Part shown: positions 1-12,078 of the stretch, piece after piece
How positions within the stretch are numbered: the first letter of the stretch is position 1
How the letters are laid out: every line of letters begins with the position of its first letter
Source: Octopus sinensis
Lineage: Eukaryota
Length of the DNA stretch: 64,000 bases
Reading direction: 5' to 3'
NCBI RefSeq assembly: GCF_006345805.1
Contig: NW_021833075.1
Location: 19,789-83,788, forward strand
Program-made: the position numbers and the translations under genes
The notes under the pieces: generated by a model
The model's input: only the letters and a program-made list of their open reading frames with translations
Told to the model about the DNA's origin: nothing
Databases searched by the model: none

Positions 1-472
1 TGTTTGATTCACCGAGATTAATGAGATATGAATCCATCAATCTTTTCATCCGACTGAGTCATTCGGATACTTTATTATCTTGCACGTCATTAAGGAAAAT
101 TCTGGAATATTAGAAAAACTCTTGTCGCCATCTTCATAACCAATGAAATGAAAGCCAAACTGAATGAAGCCATTCAGAATAATAAATAAATAAAACATAT
201 CTCAAAACGGAAGTTTGAGAAACTTGTGATGACTTGCTGTGAGCATGCATTTACAAAAATAAAATATTTCCAAGGAAAATCCACGTCATCAAAATCCCTA
301 TTGAGGATATATGCAATAAGTTCGTTGCAATACGGTTCCATATCATTTCTGATTTATCGGCTTTATGATATGCAGGTAGGCAGTTGAACAAATGAAGGTG
401 CTCCAAAGATTTAGTTTTCTCATTTACTCATTCATTTTTAAGATGGTTGAGTTAAATTAGAAGGAAATTTGG

Positions 473-630
473 TCGGAGTGGCTGTGTGGTAAGTAGCTTG
501 CTTACGAACCACATGGTTCTGGGTTCAGTCCCACTGGATGGTACCTTGGGCAAATGTCTTCTACTATAGCCTCGGGTCGACCAAAGCCTTGTGAGTGGAT
601 TTGGTAGACGGAAACTGAAAGAAGCCCGTC

Positions 631-676
<46 letters not shown>

Positions 677-912
677 AAGTGTGTGTATATGTTTGTGCGT
701 CTGCGTTTGTCCCCCCCAACATCGCTTGACAACCGATGCTGGTGTGTTTACGTCCCCGTAACTTAGCGGTTTGGCAAAAGAAAGCGATAGAATAAGTACG
801 AGGCTTACAAAGAATAAGTCATGTGGTCGATTTTCTCGACTAAAGGCGGTGCTCCAGCATGGCCACAGTCAAATGACTGAAACAAATAAAAGAGAGTAAA
901 GAGAAAAAGAGA
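473..912 (+). mobile_element. tRNA-derived SINE, family A (internal (TA)n(TG)n microsatellite)
   Basis: Head GGAGTGGCTGTGTGGTAAG...GGGTTCAGTCCC (A/B-box-like), central microsatellite, 3' body ending ...GACTGAAACAA(G)TAAAAGAG. The same sequence recurs about 10 times in the window. It resembles published octopus tRNA-SINEs; the family name was not verified. Confidence 0.85.
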
Positions 913-1982
913 GCCAATCCTAACAGATCAGGAGAACTCATAGAGACTACATCGTTAGTTTGATTTAATGGGGAAAAAACCGTAGTGACCTCAGAGATTA
1001 AAGGAATTACATTAAGTATATCAATGATATCTAATATTTGTTATAAATTTGAGGCATACGTTTTAATACTTAGCTTGGTTATTTTATATCATATTGATGA
1101 CGTCTGATAGATAGAAACATGTTGATAGTTGTCTCCCTTCTGTAAATATTTTCTTTTTCTAATTATGTAAATTAACTGTGAAAGATTAATTTTCTTATTT
1201 CTTGAGTTTCTCATGGGAGTCTCCAAAAATTTCCATTAGATTTTTGTCGCCTTCCAAAGAAAAGAAATTTCAATAAATTAAGATTTTCTTCGACTTAATT
1301 ATCAAATTTCATGACTTTAGTATATTTCAGTTATTTCTCTTAACTCACTTTTCTATTAATTTCTAATGTTTAAATTATTGCTATGCTTCTTTTATTGAAT
1401 TAATTATCAACGCACAGATGATTAAAACTAAAATATTCACATAGCTGCATCAAAGAAACTAGTTTCATCTATGTATAATATATTTCTGCAATTAAGAAAC
1501 TTAAATTTTAGGAGAGTATTTTGAGAAGTTGTTTTTACATAGCCTCTTTGTTCAAATCATACATCAGCTTTGCTAAGAGACCAAACCATTCTACTATATA
1601 TATAAGAATTGGCTAGACAAAAAGATACCATAATGATAGAATTAATCAGGTTGGTAGTATTTCTGGTCAATACATTTTCTGACACAGTAGAATTAGATAC
1701 TAATTCGCAACAGAGTAAGAACTGTTAATTATAAATGGGTTTTAGTAACAACGAATCTTGCTTGTACCACACTAAACTATTAACTATTGATTCCCCGATT
1801 CTAATTTTCTTCTTGAAAACTTGCAAAATAATTACAAAAACAGTGTTCTAGTTAATTTTGTGGGGCATGTCTTAAACTTAATATTATTACTTAAAACTTA
1901 AGGATGCCAGAGTTAATAATAAATATACAGATTGATGCCCTCATGTTCTGATGTCTTACTCCAATAATATTTCAATTCGTCT

Positions 1983-2392
1983 AAGGTGGCGAGCTGGCAG
2001 AAACGTTAGCACGCCGGGCGAAATGCTTAGCAGTATTTCGTCTGCCGCTATGTTCTGAGTTCAAATTCTGCCGAGGTCGACTTTGCCTTTCTTCCTTTCG
2101 GAGTCGATAAATTAAGTACCAGTTACGCACTGGGGTCGATATAATCGACTTAATCCGTTTGCCTGTCCTTATTTGCCTTCTCTGTGTTTAGTCCCTTGTG
2201 GGTAGTAAAGAAATAGAAATAGGTATTTCGTCTGCCGTTACGTTCTGAGTTCAAATTCCACCGAGCTCAACTTTGCCTTTCATTCTTTCGGGGCCGATAA
2301 ATTAAGTACAAGTTGCGCACTGGGGTCGATCTAATCGAATGTACCCCACCCAAAAGAATTTCGGGCCTTGTGCCTAGAGCAGAAAAGAATAT
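1983..2392 (+). mobile_element. tRNA-derived SINE family B, 2-unit concatemer (head + alpha unit + beta unit)
   Basis: TAAGGTGGCGAGCTGGCAGAAACGTTAGCACGCC head, GAGTTCAAATTC B-box-like motif. The second unit restarts at GTATTTCGTCTGCC and ends GGCCTTGTGCCTAGAGCAGAAAAG. Confidence 0.85.
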
Positions 2393-3061
2393 TCATATTT
2401 TGCCTAGATATACAATCCTAGATATGGCGACCAAAAAAGGGAAAAAAAAAAAGCCTTGGATGTAAAAAATTCGGAATGCTAAGTAGAAAAAAAATATTAC
2501 AACATTAAAAGCTAGAACAAAGAAAGCCAAATTCTGTATTCATTTATTTTCTATAATTACGAAAATCACTTCTGATAATTTACAGTGATACACATGCGAA
2601 AACATACTTCATTTAAGTTGATCGAGTTGGATATTTGTGCGTGCGTGAGTGTATTGTGTGAGTAAGAGAAGCAAAAGTGTCTCTTACCCACCAGTTTAAG
2701 CGCTGATATATAAAGCCACATGACTATTTGAAACTAGAAAATTCACCTTATTAATATATTTTTTATTAATTACGTTTCCAGCCTAAAGGAATCTAAATGC
2801 TTTAACCTTTTTAATAACATGAATAATTAGTTATAATTTAATTAAATAGAAAAGTCGTAACATGTATCAGAGCTGACTTAATTATGTCCAACATTCTACT
2901 TGAGTGCATACTCACACGTATGCGTGTACCAATGAATGGAATATAGGATTATAAACAAATGTTTGGTCGATTACAACTAGATAAATTAAAAGTATCAGGT
3001 GCATTGTAATCTATAAGCAAATTGGAGTTATCCAAACACCAAGAATTCGGCGACGTAATGA

Positions 3062-4071
3062 TAATAATAAGCCTTTCTACTATAGACACAGGGCCTGAAA
3101 TTTTGTGGCAGGGGACTAGTCGATTATATCTACTCCAGTGTTTCACTGTTATTTAATTTATTGACTCTGAAAGGATGAAAAGCAAAGGATGAACTTGGCG
3201 GAATTTGAACTTAGAATGTAAAGACGGGCGAAATACTGCTAAGCATTTTGCCCGGTGTGCTAACGATTCTGCCAGCTCGCCGCTTTCGTAATGATAATAG
3301 TAATCCTTTCTACTATAGGCACAAAGCCTGAAATCTGTGGGGAAGGGTTAAGTCGATTACATCGACCCCAGTTCTCAATTGGTACTTAAAATTTATCGAC
3401 CCCGAAAGGGTGAAAGGCATAGCCGACATCGGTGGAACTTGAACTCAGAACGTAGCAACGGGAGAAATACCTATTTCTTTACTGCCCTCAAGGGGCTACA
3501 CACAGATGGGACAAACAAGGACAGACAAACGGATTAAGTCGATTATATCGACCCCAGTGCGTAACTGGTACTTATTTAATCGACCCTGAAAGGATGAAAG
3601 GCTAAGTCGACCTCGGAGGAATCTGAACTCAGAACGTAGCGGCAGACGAAATACCTATTTCTTTACTACCCACAAGGGGCTAAACACAGAGGGGACAAAC
3701 ATGGACAGACAAACGGATTAAATCGATTACATCGACCCCAGTGCGTAACTGGTACTTATTTAATCGACCCCGAAAGGATGAAAGGCAAAGTCGACCTCGG
3801 CAGAATTTGAACTCAGAACGTAGCGACGGGAGAAATACCTATTTCTTTATTACCCACAAGGGGCTGAACATAGAGGGGACAAACATGGACAGACATAGGT
3901 ATTAAGTCGATTATATCGACCCCAGTGCTTAACTGGTACTTAATTTATCGACCCCGAAAGGATGAAAGGTAAAGTCGACCTCGGCGGAATTTGAACTCAC
4001 AACGTAACGGCAGACGAAATACCGCTAAGCATTTCGCCCGACGTGCTAACGATTCTGCTAGCTCGCCGCCT
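3062..4071 (-). mobile_element. SINE family B cluster: single copy (~3062-3290) plus 4-unit concatemer (~3303-4071)
   Basis: Reverse complement of the family B body repeated with ~183-bp period; one complete head at ~4071. Confidence 0.85.
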
Positions 4072-4489
4072 TCGTAATGATGATAATGATAATTACAGTA
4101 GTAGCAGTGCTAAGCAGTGAGGAGAAATAAACTAACTTTATGCTTGTTCAAATATGCTTGTGACATACTTTAACTTCTAAAGGCAACTTCGCTGTAGTTT
4201 ATCGAGAACATCCTATCTGCTTAGTGTCACCTCATAGCGGACGTCTTGGCGCGTTTCTAGAGCCTAAGCCTATCTTAGTCGGATATACCGAAGAAAGATA
4301 CCTCTGAGCAGATTATAAAGCAGCAATTTTATCATAGAACAATCGATATTAGTAATTGATTGCGCCCACGGACCGACTGGTCAGTTACTAATACCTCAAG
4401 TGAGAATATTTTTCCACGGAAAACTGGAGTGAATTTATATTTAGAAGTTAAAATGTCATAAACAATTCAACTAACCTAAAGTTCGTTTA

Positions 4490-4943
4490 TAATAACAATT
4501 GTATCAAATTTTGGCTTAGTTTCACTCATTTTGAGGATATAAAGCAAGTCGATTACATCGATCCCAGTACTTGATTGGTACCTTAGTTTATGGACCTCGA
4601 AAGGATGAAAAGCCAAGTTGACCTCGGCGGAATTTGAACTCAGATCGTAAACGCCCCGAAAGCATTTTTTCTGACGATCTAACGATTCTGCTAGCTCAGT
4701 AATAATAATAATAATCCTTTTTTCTATAGGCACAAAGCATGAAATTTTGGGGAGGGGGACAGTCGTTTACATCGACGATCGTGTTTCGCTGGTACTTAAT
4801 TTATCGACTCCGAAGGGACGAAAAGCAAAGTTGACCTCGACAGAATTTAAACACAGATCGTGAAGACGGGCGAAATACCGCTGAGAATTTCGTCCTACGT
4901 GCTAACGATTCTACCGGCTCACCGCCTTCTTAGTAGTAATAAT

Positions 4944-4981
<38 letters not shown>

Positions 4982-5212
4982 TAATAATAATAATAATAAA
5001 AAAATATTCAGACAAATACATAACAAAAACACCAGGACTTACAAACACATATAACATACAGAAAATTGCACTACTAGGCACTGCACACATCCTACGCAGA
5101 ACACTTTCCATACAATAACCATCAGAGCATCACAACAAATCACAGCACATACCCAAGGCACACAGAGCTGCGCTCGGTAGTGAAGTGAAAGCACGCTATA
5201 AAAATAAAACTA

Positions 5213-5254
<42 letters not shown>

Positions 5255-5466
5255 CCTTTCGACTAAAAGCACAAGGCCTGGAATTTGCGGGGAGAGGACT
5301 AGTCGATAACATCGACCCCAGTGTTTCACTGGTACTTTTTTATCGACTCCGAAAGGATAAAAGGCAAAGTCAACCTCGGTGGAATTTGAACTCAGAACGT
5401 AAAGTTAGATGAAATGCTACTAAGCATTTTTATCTAGCACGCTAACGATTCTGCCAGCTCGCCGCA
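4490..5466 (-). mobile_element. Chain of three SINE family B copies (~4490-4698, ~4710-4928, ~5252-5466) joined through (TAA)n tails
   Basis: Each copy has GACCTCGGCGGAATTTGAACTC...GCTAACGATTCTGC-like sequence, separated by (TAA)n runs. Confidence 0.8.
4997..5216 (+). mobile_element. 3' stub of an R4/Dong-type RLE non-LTR retrotransposon inside (TAA)n
   Basis: Nearly identical to 8765-8969 (encodes ...QKIALLGTAHILRRTLSIQ* plus 3' UTR); (TAA)n on both sides. Confidence 0.9.
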
Positions 5467-6579
5467 GAAAGGGTAATTTCATATTCCTTGAGCAAGTCTT
5501 TTTTCGAACCATTCACACAAATAACTGTCCAGACACACTTTCTACTCTCATAGCCAGTGTTTGTTTAACTTAGTGTCAAAATAACTCAAACTTCCTTTTT
5601 CCCATCATCGTTGCAGACAAATGAAATGCGAGGGAATACATGAAATGCAGCGAAATAAAATTTTGACCGAAATAAAATTTACCACTTATCCACTCAACAC
5701 AATGGAGAGACAAAACTTTTCTAATGACCCTAACGTGTCATAAAAGAATTTATAAACCCAATAAATGTTGGTTTATAGTTAAATAGATGAGCTGGCTTCC
5801 TGTTCGTTTATAGCAGAATGGGTTCACTTATTGAATATTGGTTTGTAGTTGAAAGGATTATGTCATTGGGTTTTGCTTTCTAACTGAAAGAATAAAGTGA
5901 GTGTATGTTAGTTTATAACAGAAAAAAATAAATGAACTTATTTAATGTTGCATTATAGCAGGAAGGATTATGGTATTGGCTGTTGGTTTAAAATTGAAAG
6001 GATTAAGTTATTACGTGTTAGTTTATTTTACAGCTGAAAAGATTAATTTAAAAGATGATAGTTTGTAGCTGAAAGCTATGACTTATTCTAATGTTTGAAT
6101 ATATATCTATATTAACCGCTTTGTTTGTCCCTTTGAAACCAACGTAATATTCTGTATTGGTACTGCATGGCGTCGAAAATATTAGCAGACTAATATTTGC
6201 GGCTGTTGCTTTTGAAAATTGCTAATCACAAATGAAGGAACATTTAAACAAAGAAAAAGATCAACAACAGTAAAAATGGATTTAGTTTCTTGTACAAATT
6301 ATTGAACATTTTTTCAATTCAATAGATTTGCCAACGGAAAATAAAATAACGTTAGAAATTGGAGAAAAAGATTTCATTAAAAAAGTGAAATACTGCACAG
6401 TGATCATTGTTGTTATAGTATGCAAAACAATTTTTTGTCTTTTTACCTGTTTGGAAACCCTGCTGGACGACCAACACAATTTGTTAAAAGAAAAACGAAC
6501 TCAATACAGTATATGATCATCCACATAACATATCTATATTGCTATATTTAACCATGAAACTCTATATGGTTTGTAATAA

Positions 6580-6930
6580 TAATAATCCTTTCTATTAAAG
6601 GCACAAGGCATGAAATCTTGGGGAGGGAGCTAGTCGATTACATCGACTTCAATACTTAACTAGTGCTTATTTCATTGAGCCCGAAAGGATCCAAGGTAAA
6701 GTCGACCTCGACGGAACTTGAACTGAAAACGTGAAGACGGACGAAGTGGCGCTAAGAAATTTGCCCGACGTGCTAACGATTCTGCCAGTTCGCTGCCTTA
6801 ATAAAAATGATGATTATGATGATAATAATTGTAATAAAGGGTTCAAACTTTGGCATAAGGCCACCAATTTCAGGGGAGTGGGTAAGTCGATTGCATCGAC
6901 GCCACTACTCAACTGGTACTTATTTTATCG
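6580..6930 (-). mobile_element. SINE family B copy plus partial second copy
   Basis: Diverged family B body with (TAA) tail at ~6580 and head at ~6800; tail fragment at 6830-6930. Confidence 0.7.
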
Positions 6931-6959
6931 ATATCGAAATGATGGGAGTGCCGCTGGAT

Positions 6960-7920
6960 TATAGAAATAAAGGGAAATAAAAGGGAACGTCTCGAAAGGT
7001 ACAAGATGAGGCTTAGAAACAACACTAACTGGAAGTAAGGCAATGGATGTGTGGGTCGTCTGAGTGTTGAGACACTCTACTATTTTGCTTAAGTGGACGA
7101 ACACAGAGCTACAAGAACTGGATGGAAGAACTAGAAAACTACTCACAATGCAAGACATACATCAACCTGAAAGTAATGTCGACAGGTACTTCTGACAAAG
7201 GAAGTTATGATTTAGAGGTTTGTTGAATGCAGAAAAATCTATCATTTTGGTTTTCAAAAATTAACTATGTTGTGCATTGTGAGGATAGACTATTATCTGC
7301 AGCCAGAAATATCGAAGAAATCAATTAAAAAATGAAAGATTTCAAGAATAGAAATAAGTAAATGGAATGACTATTTAGATAGAAAAATTATGAATGTATA
7401 GAAATACGGACGAAAATATTAATCATCTGCTAAGCGAGTGAAGTAAGGTAGCGTAAAAAGAGAATAAACAAAGATGTCTTTGGGTCTGAAAAGATGAGAA
7501 ATGGGTGTGAATACGAGACAGAGTCGATATAAACATTATAATTACACGATTTTATGGGATTTTCTCACACAGAATAACCATACTATGGAGGTAAGAAAAC
7601 CAGATAAGTTCGTAGATTAATAAAGAGGAAGCAGTCTAAGACTAATTTACAATCCAATATGATTGTAGAATGGATAACAAAGAAATTGAGAAACTCGAGA
7701 AACATCCAGACTAAACCACAAAGATGAAGAGATTGCCGTTCATGTGGTAACTCGTGCATGCTCAGCTACAACTTAAGAGCTGAATGATATTGGAATTGAG
7801 AAGCGTATAGCCGTCATATAGAAAAGTGTCACTCTGCATTCTGTAAGAATCCTAAGTATCTTGAAATTTGAGAAAACTTTTGCCCCAAAGCGCTAATTTT
7901 TTTTATCCGGTCACCTCCTT
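6960..7920 (+). mobile_element. Old, decayed R4/Dong-type non-LTR retrotransposon 3' half
   Basis: Manual translation gives KWTNTELQELDGRTRKLLTMQDIHQPESNVDR (cf. W..EL..LDRKTRKLLTM...HPK.DVDRLY), ENINHLLSE, ILWDF and EVRKPD, with multiple stops and frameshifts; ends in (TAA)n. Confidence 0.75.
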
Positions 7921-7924
7921 AATG

Positions 7925-7991
<67 letters not shown>

Positions 7992-8005
7992 TAATAATAA
8001 TAATA

Positions 8006-8071
<66 letters not shown>

Positions 8072-8075
<4 letters not shown>

Positions 8076-8965
8076 AATCCAAACTAAAAATAGAACAGCA
8101 ACGAGCCATGATAAAACGATGGCAAGAAAATCCCCTTCATGGTAAATACTGCACTAAACTAAACGCAAAAGAAATAGACAAAGAAAAATCCCAGCAATGG
8201 TTGAGAAGCTCAGGACTCAAAGCAGAGACAGAGGGATTTTTAATTGCAGCACAAGACCAAAGCCTCCCCACCAGAAATTACCAAAAACATGTAATGAAAA
8301 GAAATATTACAAGTAACTGCAGAATATGTGGAGATGGACAAGAAACAATAAATCATATTATCTCTAGCTGCCCAGTCCTGGTTAAGAAGGAATATATTCA
8401 CAGACATGACAGAGTTGGAACCTACATACATTGGAAGCTATGCCAACATTATGGAATAACAACAGAAAAAGATGGCATAGGCACACACCAGAAAAGGTCA
8501 CAGAAAACGAGAAAGCAACCATACTCTGGGATATGCCGATACACACAGATAGAGAAATTAAGGCCAACAGACCAGATATAGTTGTCAGAGATCATGAAGA
8601 AAAAAAATGCTTTCTAATTGATGTATCAATACCGGCAGATGACAACGTGTCTCTAAAAGAAATGGAGAAACTCTCAAAATACAAAGACCTGGAAATAGAG
8701 GTAACTAGAATGTGGAACCTGAAAACAGAAACAATTCCTATCATAGTAGGTGCATTAGGCATGATAAAAAAATATTCAGACAAATACATAACAAAAACAC
8801 CAGGACTTACAAACACATATAACATACAGAAAACTGCACACATCCTACGCAGAACACTTTCCATACAATAACCATCAGAGCATCACAACAAATCACAGCA
8901 CATACCCAAGGCACACAGAGCTGCGCTCGGTAGTGAAGTGAAAGCACGCTATAAAAATAAAACTA

Positions 8966-8969
<4 letters not shown>
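8072..8969 (+). mobile_element. 5'-truncated R4/Dong-type non-LTR retrotransposon (CCHC knuckle + PD-(D/E)xK restriction-like endonuclease), one frameshift near 8470
   Basis: ORFs 7868-8581 and 8431-8871 together give AAQDQSL..CRICGDGQETINHIISSC..RHDRV..ILWDMPIHTDREIKANRPDIVV..IDVSIP..EKLSKYKDL..PIIVGALG; (TAA)n at both ends. Confidence 0.92.
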
Positions 8970-8997
<28 letters not shown>

Positions 8998-9002
<5 letters not shown>

Positions 9003-10064
9003 TTTGCTATTGATCTCGTGCAGGATACCCAAACTGAACAACCCGAGGGAAGTACGGCAACTATTGTTGCAAAGAAGGTGAAAATGATGGCAATGAAAAA
9101 AGCGCACGAGCAATTGGCTGATAGGTGGGAGGAGAAACCTCTGCACGGCAAATATGTGACCCGCAGCAAACAAGCTGATGTTGACCAGAAGCAAACCCAT
9201 CAGTGGCTGCGGAGCTCAGGGCTAAAAGCAGAGAGCGAAGGTTTCATCCTGGCTGCTCAAGACCAAAGCCTATCAACCCGGAACTACCAGGCCAATGTGA
9301 GGAAAAATGGAGCAGACCCAAAATGCCGATTCTGCAATGACATGATTGAAACAGTGGACCACCTAATCTCTGGATGTAAAGTCTTAGCACCAGTGGAGTA
9401 TAAATTAAGACATGACAGAGTTGGCCAATATCTCCACTGGCTAATAAGTCGGCATTACAATATCAAAACTGCCGACAAGTGGTATAATCACCACCCTGAG
9501 GCTGTAACTGAAGGAGAAAATGTAACCATTCTGTGGGACTTTCCAGTACATACAGACCGAACCATCAAGGCCAATAAACCAGATATTGTTGTGAAAAACC
9601 AAAACAATAAAGTTTGCTTATTGATCGACATGAGCATCCCCTGTGATCATAATATCTCAGCGAAAGAGTTTGACAAGCTCAGAAAATATAAAGACCTACT
9701 CATTGAAATTGAGAAAATGTGGCATCTCAAGGCGGTTACAATACCAGTGATCGTAGGAGCACTAGGAATGATCAAGAAGGGAACCGAAAATTATATGAGA
9801 ATGATCCCTGGCTTACCATCCCTGCAAGAAGTGCAAAAGATTGTCTTAACTGGTACATCACGCGTATTGAGAAGAGCATTGTCGATGTGAGAACTGTTGC
9901 TGCTCATGCATTTTAATTTAACTTTAAAAAAAAAAAAAAAAAATTAACGAACTACTGAGTTTGGTTTAATGGCCTACCAATATACACTATGAGTTTCTTT
10001 GCCCTAGGAGTCGGGAAGACACTCGGCAAGAAATGGAAGAAAATTTGAAAGAAGAAAAAAAAAA
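8998..10064 (+). mobile_element. 5'-truncated R4/Dong-type non-LTR retrotransposon, second family, open 290-codon C-terminal frame
   Basis: ORF 9018-9890: CRFCNDMIETVDHLISGC (CCHC), ANKPDIVV..IDMSIP..DKLRKYKDL (RLE), PVIVGALG; ~175-bp 3' UTR followed by (TAA)n. Confidence 0.92.
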
Positions 10065-10101
<37 letters not shown>

Positions 10102-10144
10102 TGATGATGACAACAACAACAACAATAATAATAATAATAATAGT

Positions 10145-10340
10145 AATTCTTTCCATTATAGGCATAAGGCCTAAAATTTTGGGGATCGGGGACTAGTCGA
10201 TCCCAATCTTCCACTGGTACTTAATTTATCGACCCCGAAAGGATGAATGACAAAGACGACCATGGCGGAATTTGAACTCAGAACGTAAAGACGGACAAAA
10301 TGCCACTAAGCATTTTTCCCGGCGTGCTAACCATTCTGCC
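10145..10340 (-). mobile_element. SINE family B (beta tail); its (TAA)n tail hosts the Dong stack
   Basis: TTCTTTCCATTATAGGCATAAGGCC...GAATTTGAACTCAGAACG...GCTAACCATTCTGCC. Confidence 0.8.
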
Positions 10341-10654
10341 AACAACAAAAACAACAACTGAGAATCACCATAACTGATCAATAGATCGGTACAAAAGGTA
10401 TGTCAGTTTATTGGCACTAGACTTCATTTACAATAAATAAACAAAACAAAAAAAAAGGTTAACATTCACAATAAATAAACAAAACAACAAAAAATGTTAT
10501 TTTAGAACATGGTTGAGTCCATAAAATAGGATTTGACTACGCCTCCATTTAGAGCACAGTTTAAATGATCTTTTCGTGGAAGAAGGTTTATGTTCCTATA
10601 ACCTGTGTTAATTCTGTAACCCTTTAAAATGGAAGATAAGAAAGTTCGTTTTCG

Positions 10655-11404
10655 GAACTTGATGCTTTGGGAATCAGACAAAAATTGCTGCAGCTCGGCT
10701 GGTATGTGTTACCCCACCCTCCATATTCCCCAGATATTGCTCCTTCGGATTTCCACTTATTCAGATCTCTGCAGATTAGTCTTAATGGTAAAAATTTCAA
10801 TTCCTTGGATGACGTAAAAAGATATCTTGATGAATTATTTGCCATGAAACCACCTCATTTCTGGGAAGAGGGTATTTTCAAGTTAAAGGAAAGATGAAGA
10901 CGCATTGTGCAACAAAATGGTTCATATTTGGTTGATTAAAAACGTAATGGCAAGTATTTATTGACCTTTTTCTTTCCTTTAAAAATCGGCACGAACTTTC
11001 CGGACAGGGAAGCACTCCGTCGGTTACGATGATGAGGGTTCCAGTTGATCCGAATCAACGGAACAGCCTGCTCGTGAAATTAACGTGTAAGTGGCTGAGC
11101 ACTCCACAGACACGTGTACCCTTAACGTAGTTCTCGGGGATATTCAGCGTGACACAGAGAGTGACAAGGCCGGCCCCTTGAAATACAGGTACAACAGAAA
11201 CAGGAAGTAAGAGTGAGAGAAAGTTGTGGTGAAAGAGTACAGCAGGGATCACCACCATCCCCTGCCGGAGCCTTGTGGAGCTTTAGGTGTTTTCGCTCAA
11301 TAAACACTCACAACGCCCGGTCTGGGAATCGAAACCACGATCCTATGACTGCGAGTTCGCTGCCCTAACCACTGGGCCATTGCGCCTTTTTGGACAACCC
11401 AATA
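10655..11404 (+). mobile_element. mariner (Tc1/mariner, DD34D) 3' fragment with right TIR, interrupted by a SINE
   Basis: ORF 10667-10897 RQKLLQLGWYVLPHPPYSPDIAPSDFHLFRSLQ (YSPDLAPSD motif). The right TIR GGCACGAACTTT..GGACAACCCAA+TA is split by the SINE at 11008-11387. Confidence 0.9.
11008..11387 (-). mobile_element. tRNA-derived SINE, family C
   Basis: Minus-strand head GGCGCAATGGCCCAGTGGTTAGG...GGTTTCGATTCCC; near-identical to three other copies in the window. Confidence 0.9.
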
Positions 11405-11661
11405 CTTGATTAACGCAGTCCAACTGTCTGCAAAAAAGATGAGCTCACTTAGTAGGGTGTGGTTCATTGCTGTTATTGTTGTCATCGTAGTAAAGCTAAA
11501 CAAATGTTTTATCAGCATGCAGTGTTGATTGCAGACAGAACGATGAGCGTATTGTGATGACAGTTGTTTTGACTACACAAAGAAAAGATTCTCAATCATG
11601 ACCCAACGATCCTCTAATAAGACCCAGTTTAAATATTTTCACAAAACATTTTGTAATAAAA

Positions 11662-12078
11662 GGCGCAGGAGTGGCTGTGTGGTAAGTAGCTTGCTTACCA
11701 ACCACATGGTTCCGGGTTCAGTCCCACTGCGTGGCATCTTGGGCAGGTGTCTTCTGCTATAGCCCCGGGCCGACCAATGCCTTGTGAGTGGATTTGGTAG
11801 ACGGAAACTGAAAGAAGCCTGTCGTATATATGTATATATATATATGTGTGTGTGTGTGTTTGTGTGTCTGTGTTTGTCCCTCTTAGCATTGCTTGACAAC
11901 CGATGCTGGTGTGTTTACGTCCCCGTCACTTAGCGGTTCGGCAAAAGAGACCGATAGAATAAGTACTGGGCTTACAAAGAATAAGTCCCGGGATCGATTT
12001 GCTCGACTAAAGGCGGTGCTCCAGCATGGCCGCAGTCAAATGACTGAAACAAGTAGAAGAGTAAATGAGTAAAGAGTA
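11662..12078 (+). mobile_element. SINE family A, full length
   Basis: GGCGCAGGAGTGGCTGTGTGG head through ...GAAACAAGTAGAAGAGTAAA tail. Confidence 0.9.

Noticed and set aside
7868-8109. Poly-Ile/Tyr/His/Thr and alternating IY/YV/LSIY ORFs throughout the track (for example 20343-20779, 23737-24215, 30878-31246, 34835-35220, 38045-38935)
   Set aside because: They are translations of (TAA)n, (TA)n, (TATC)n and (CAT)n microsatellites, not genes.
11055-11258. The same 67-aa ORF (MVVIPAVLFHH...) found four times
   Set aside because: It lies within young SINE C copies; conservation reflects recent copying, with no coding evidence.
11310-11387. tRNA-like sequences (heads of SINE A, B and C)
   Set aside because: A/B boxes are present, but no complete cloverleaf with acceptor stem could be built and each is fused to a SINE body.
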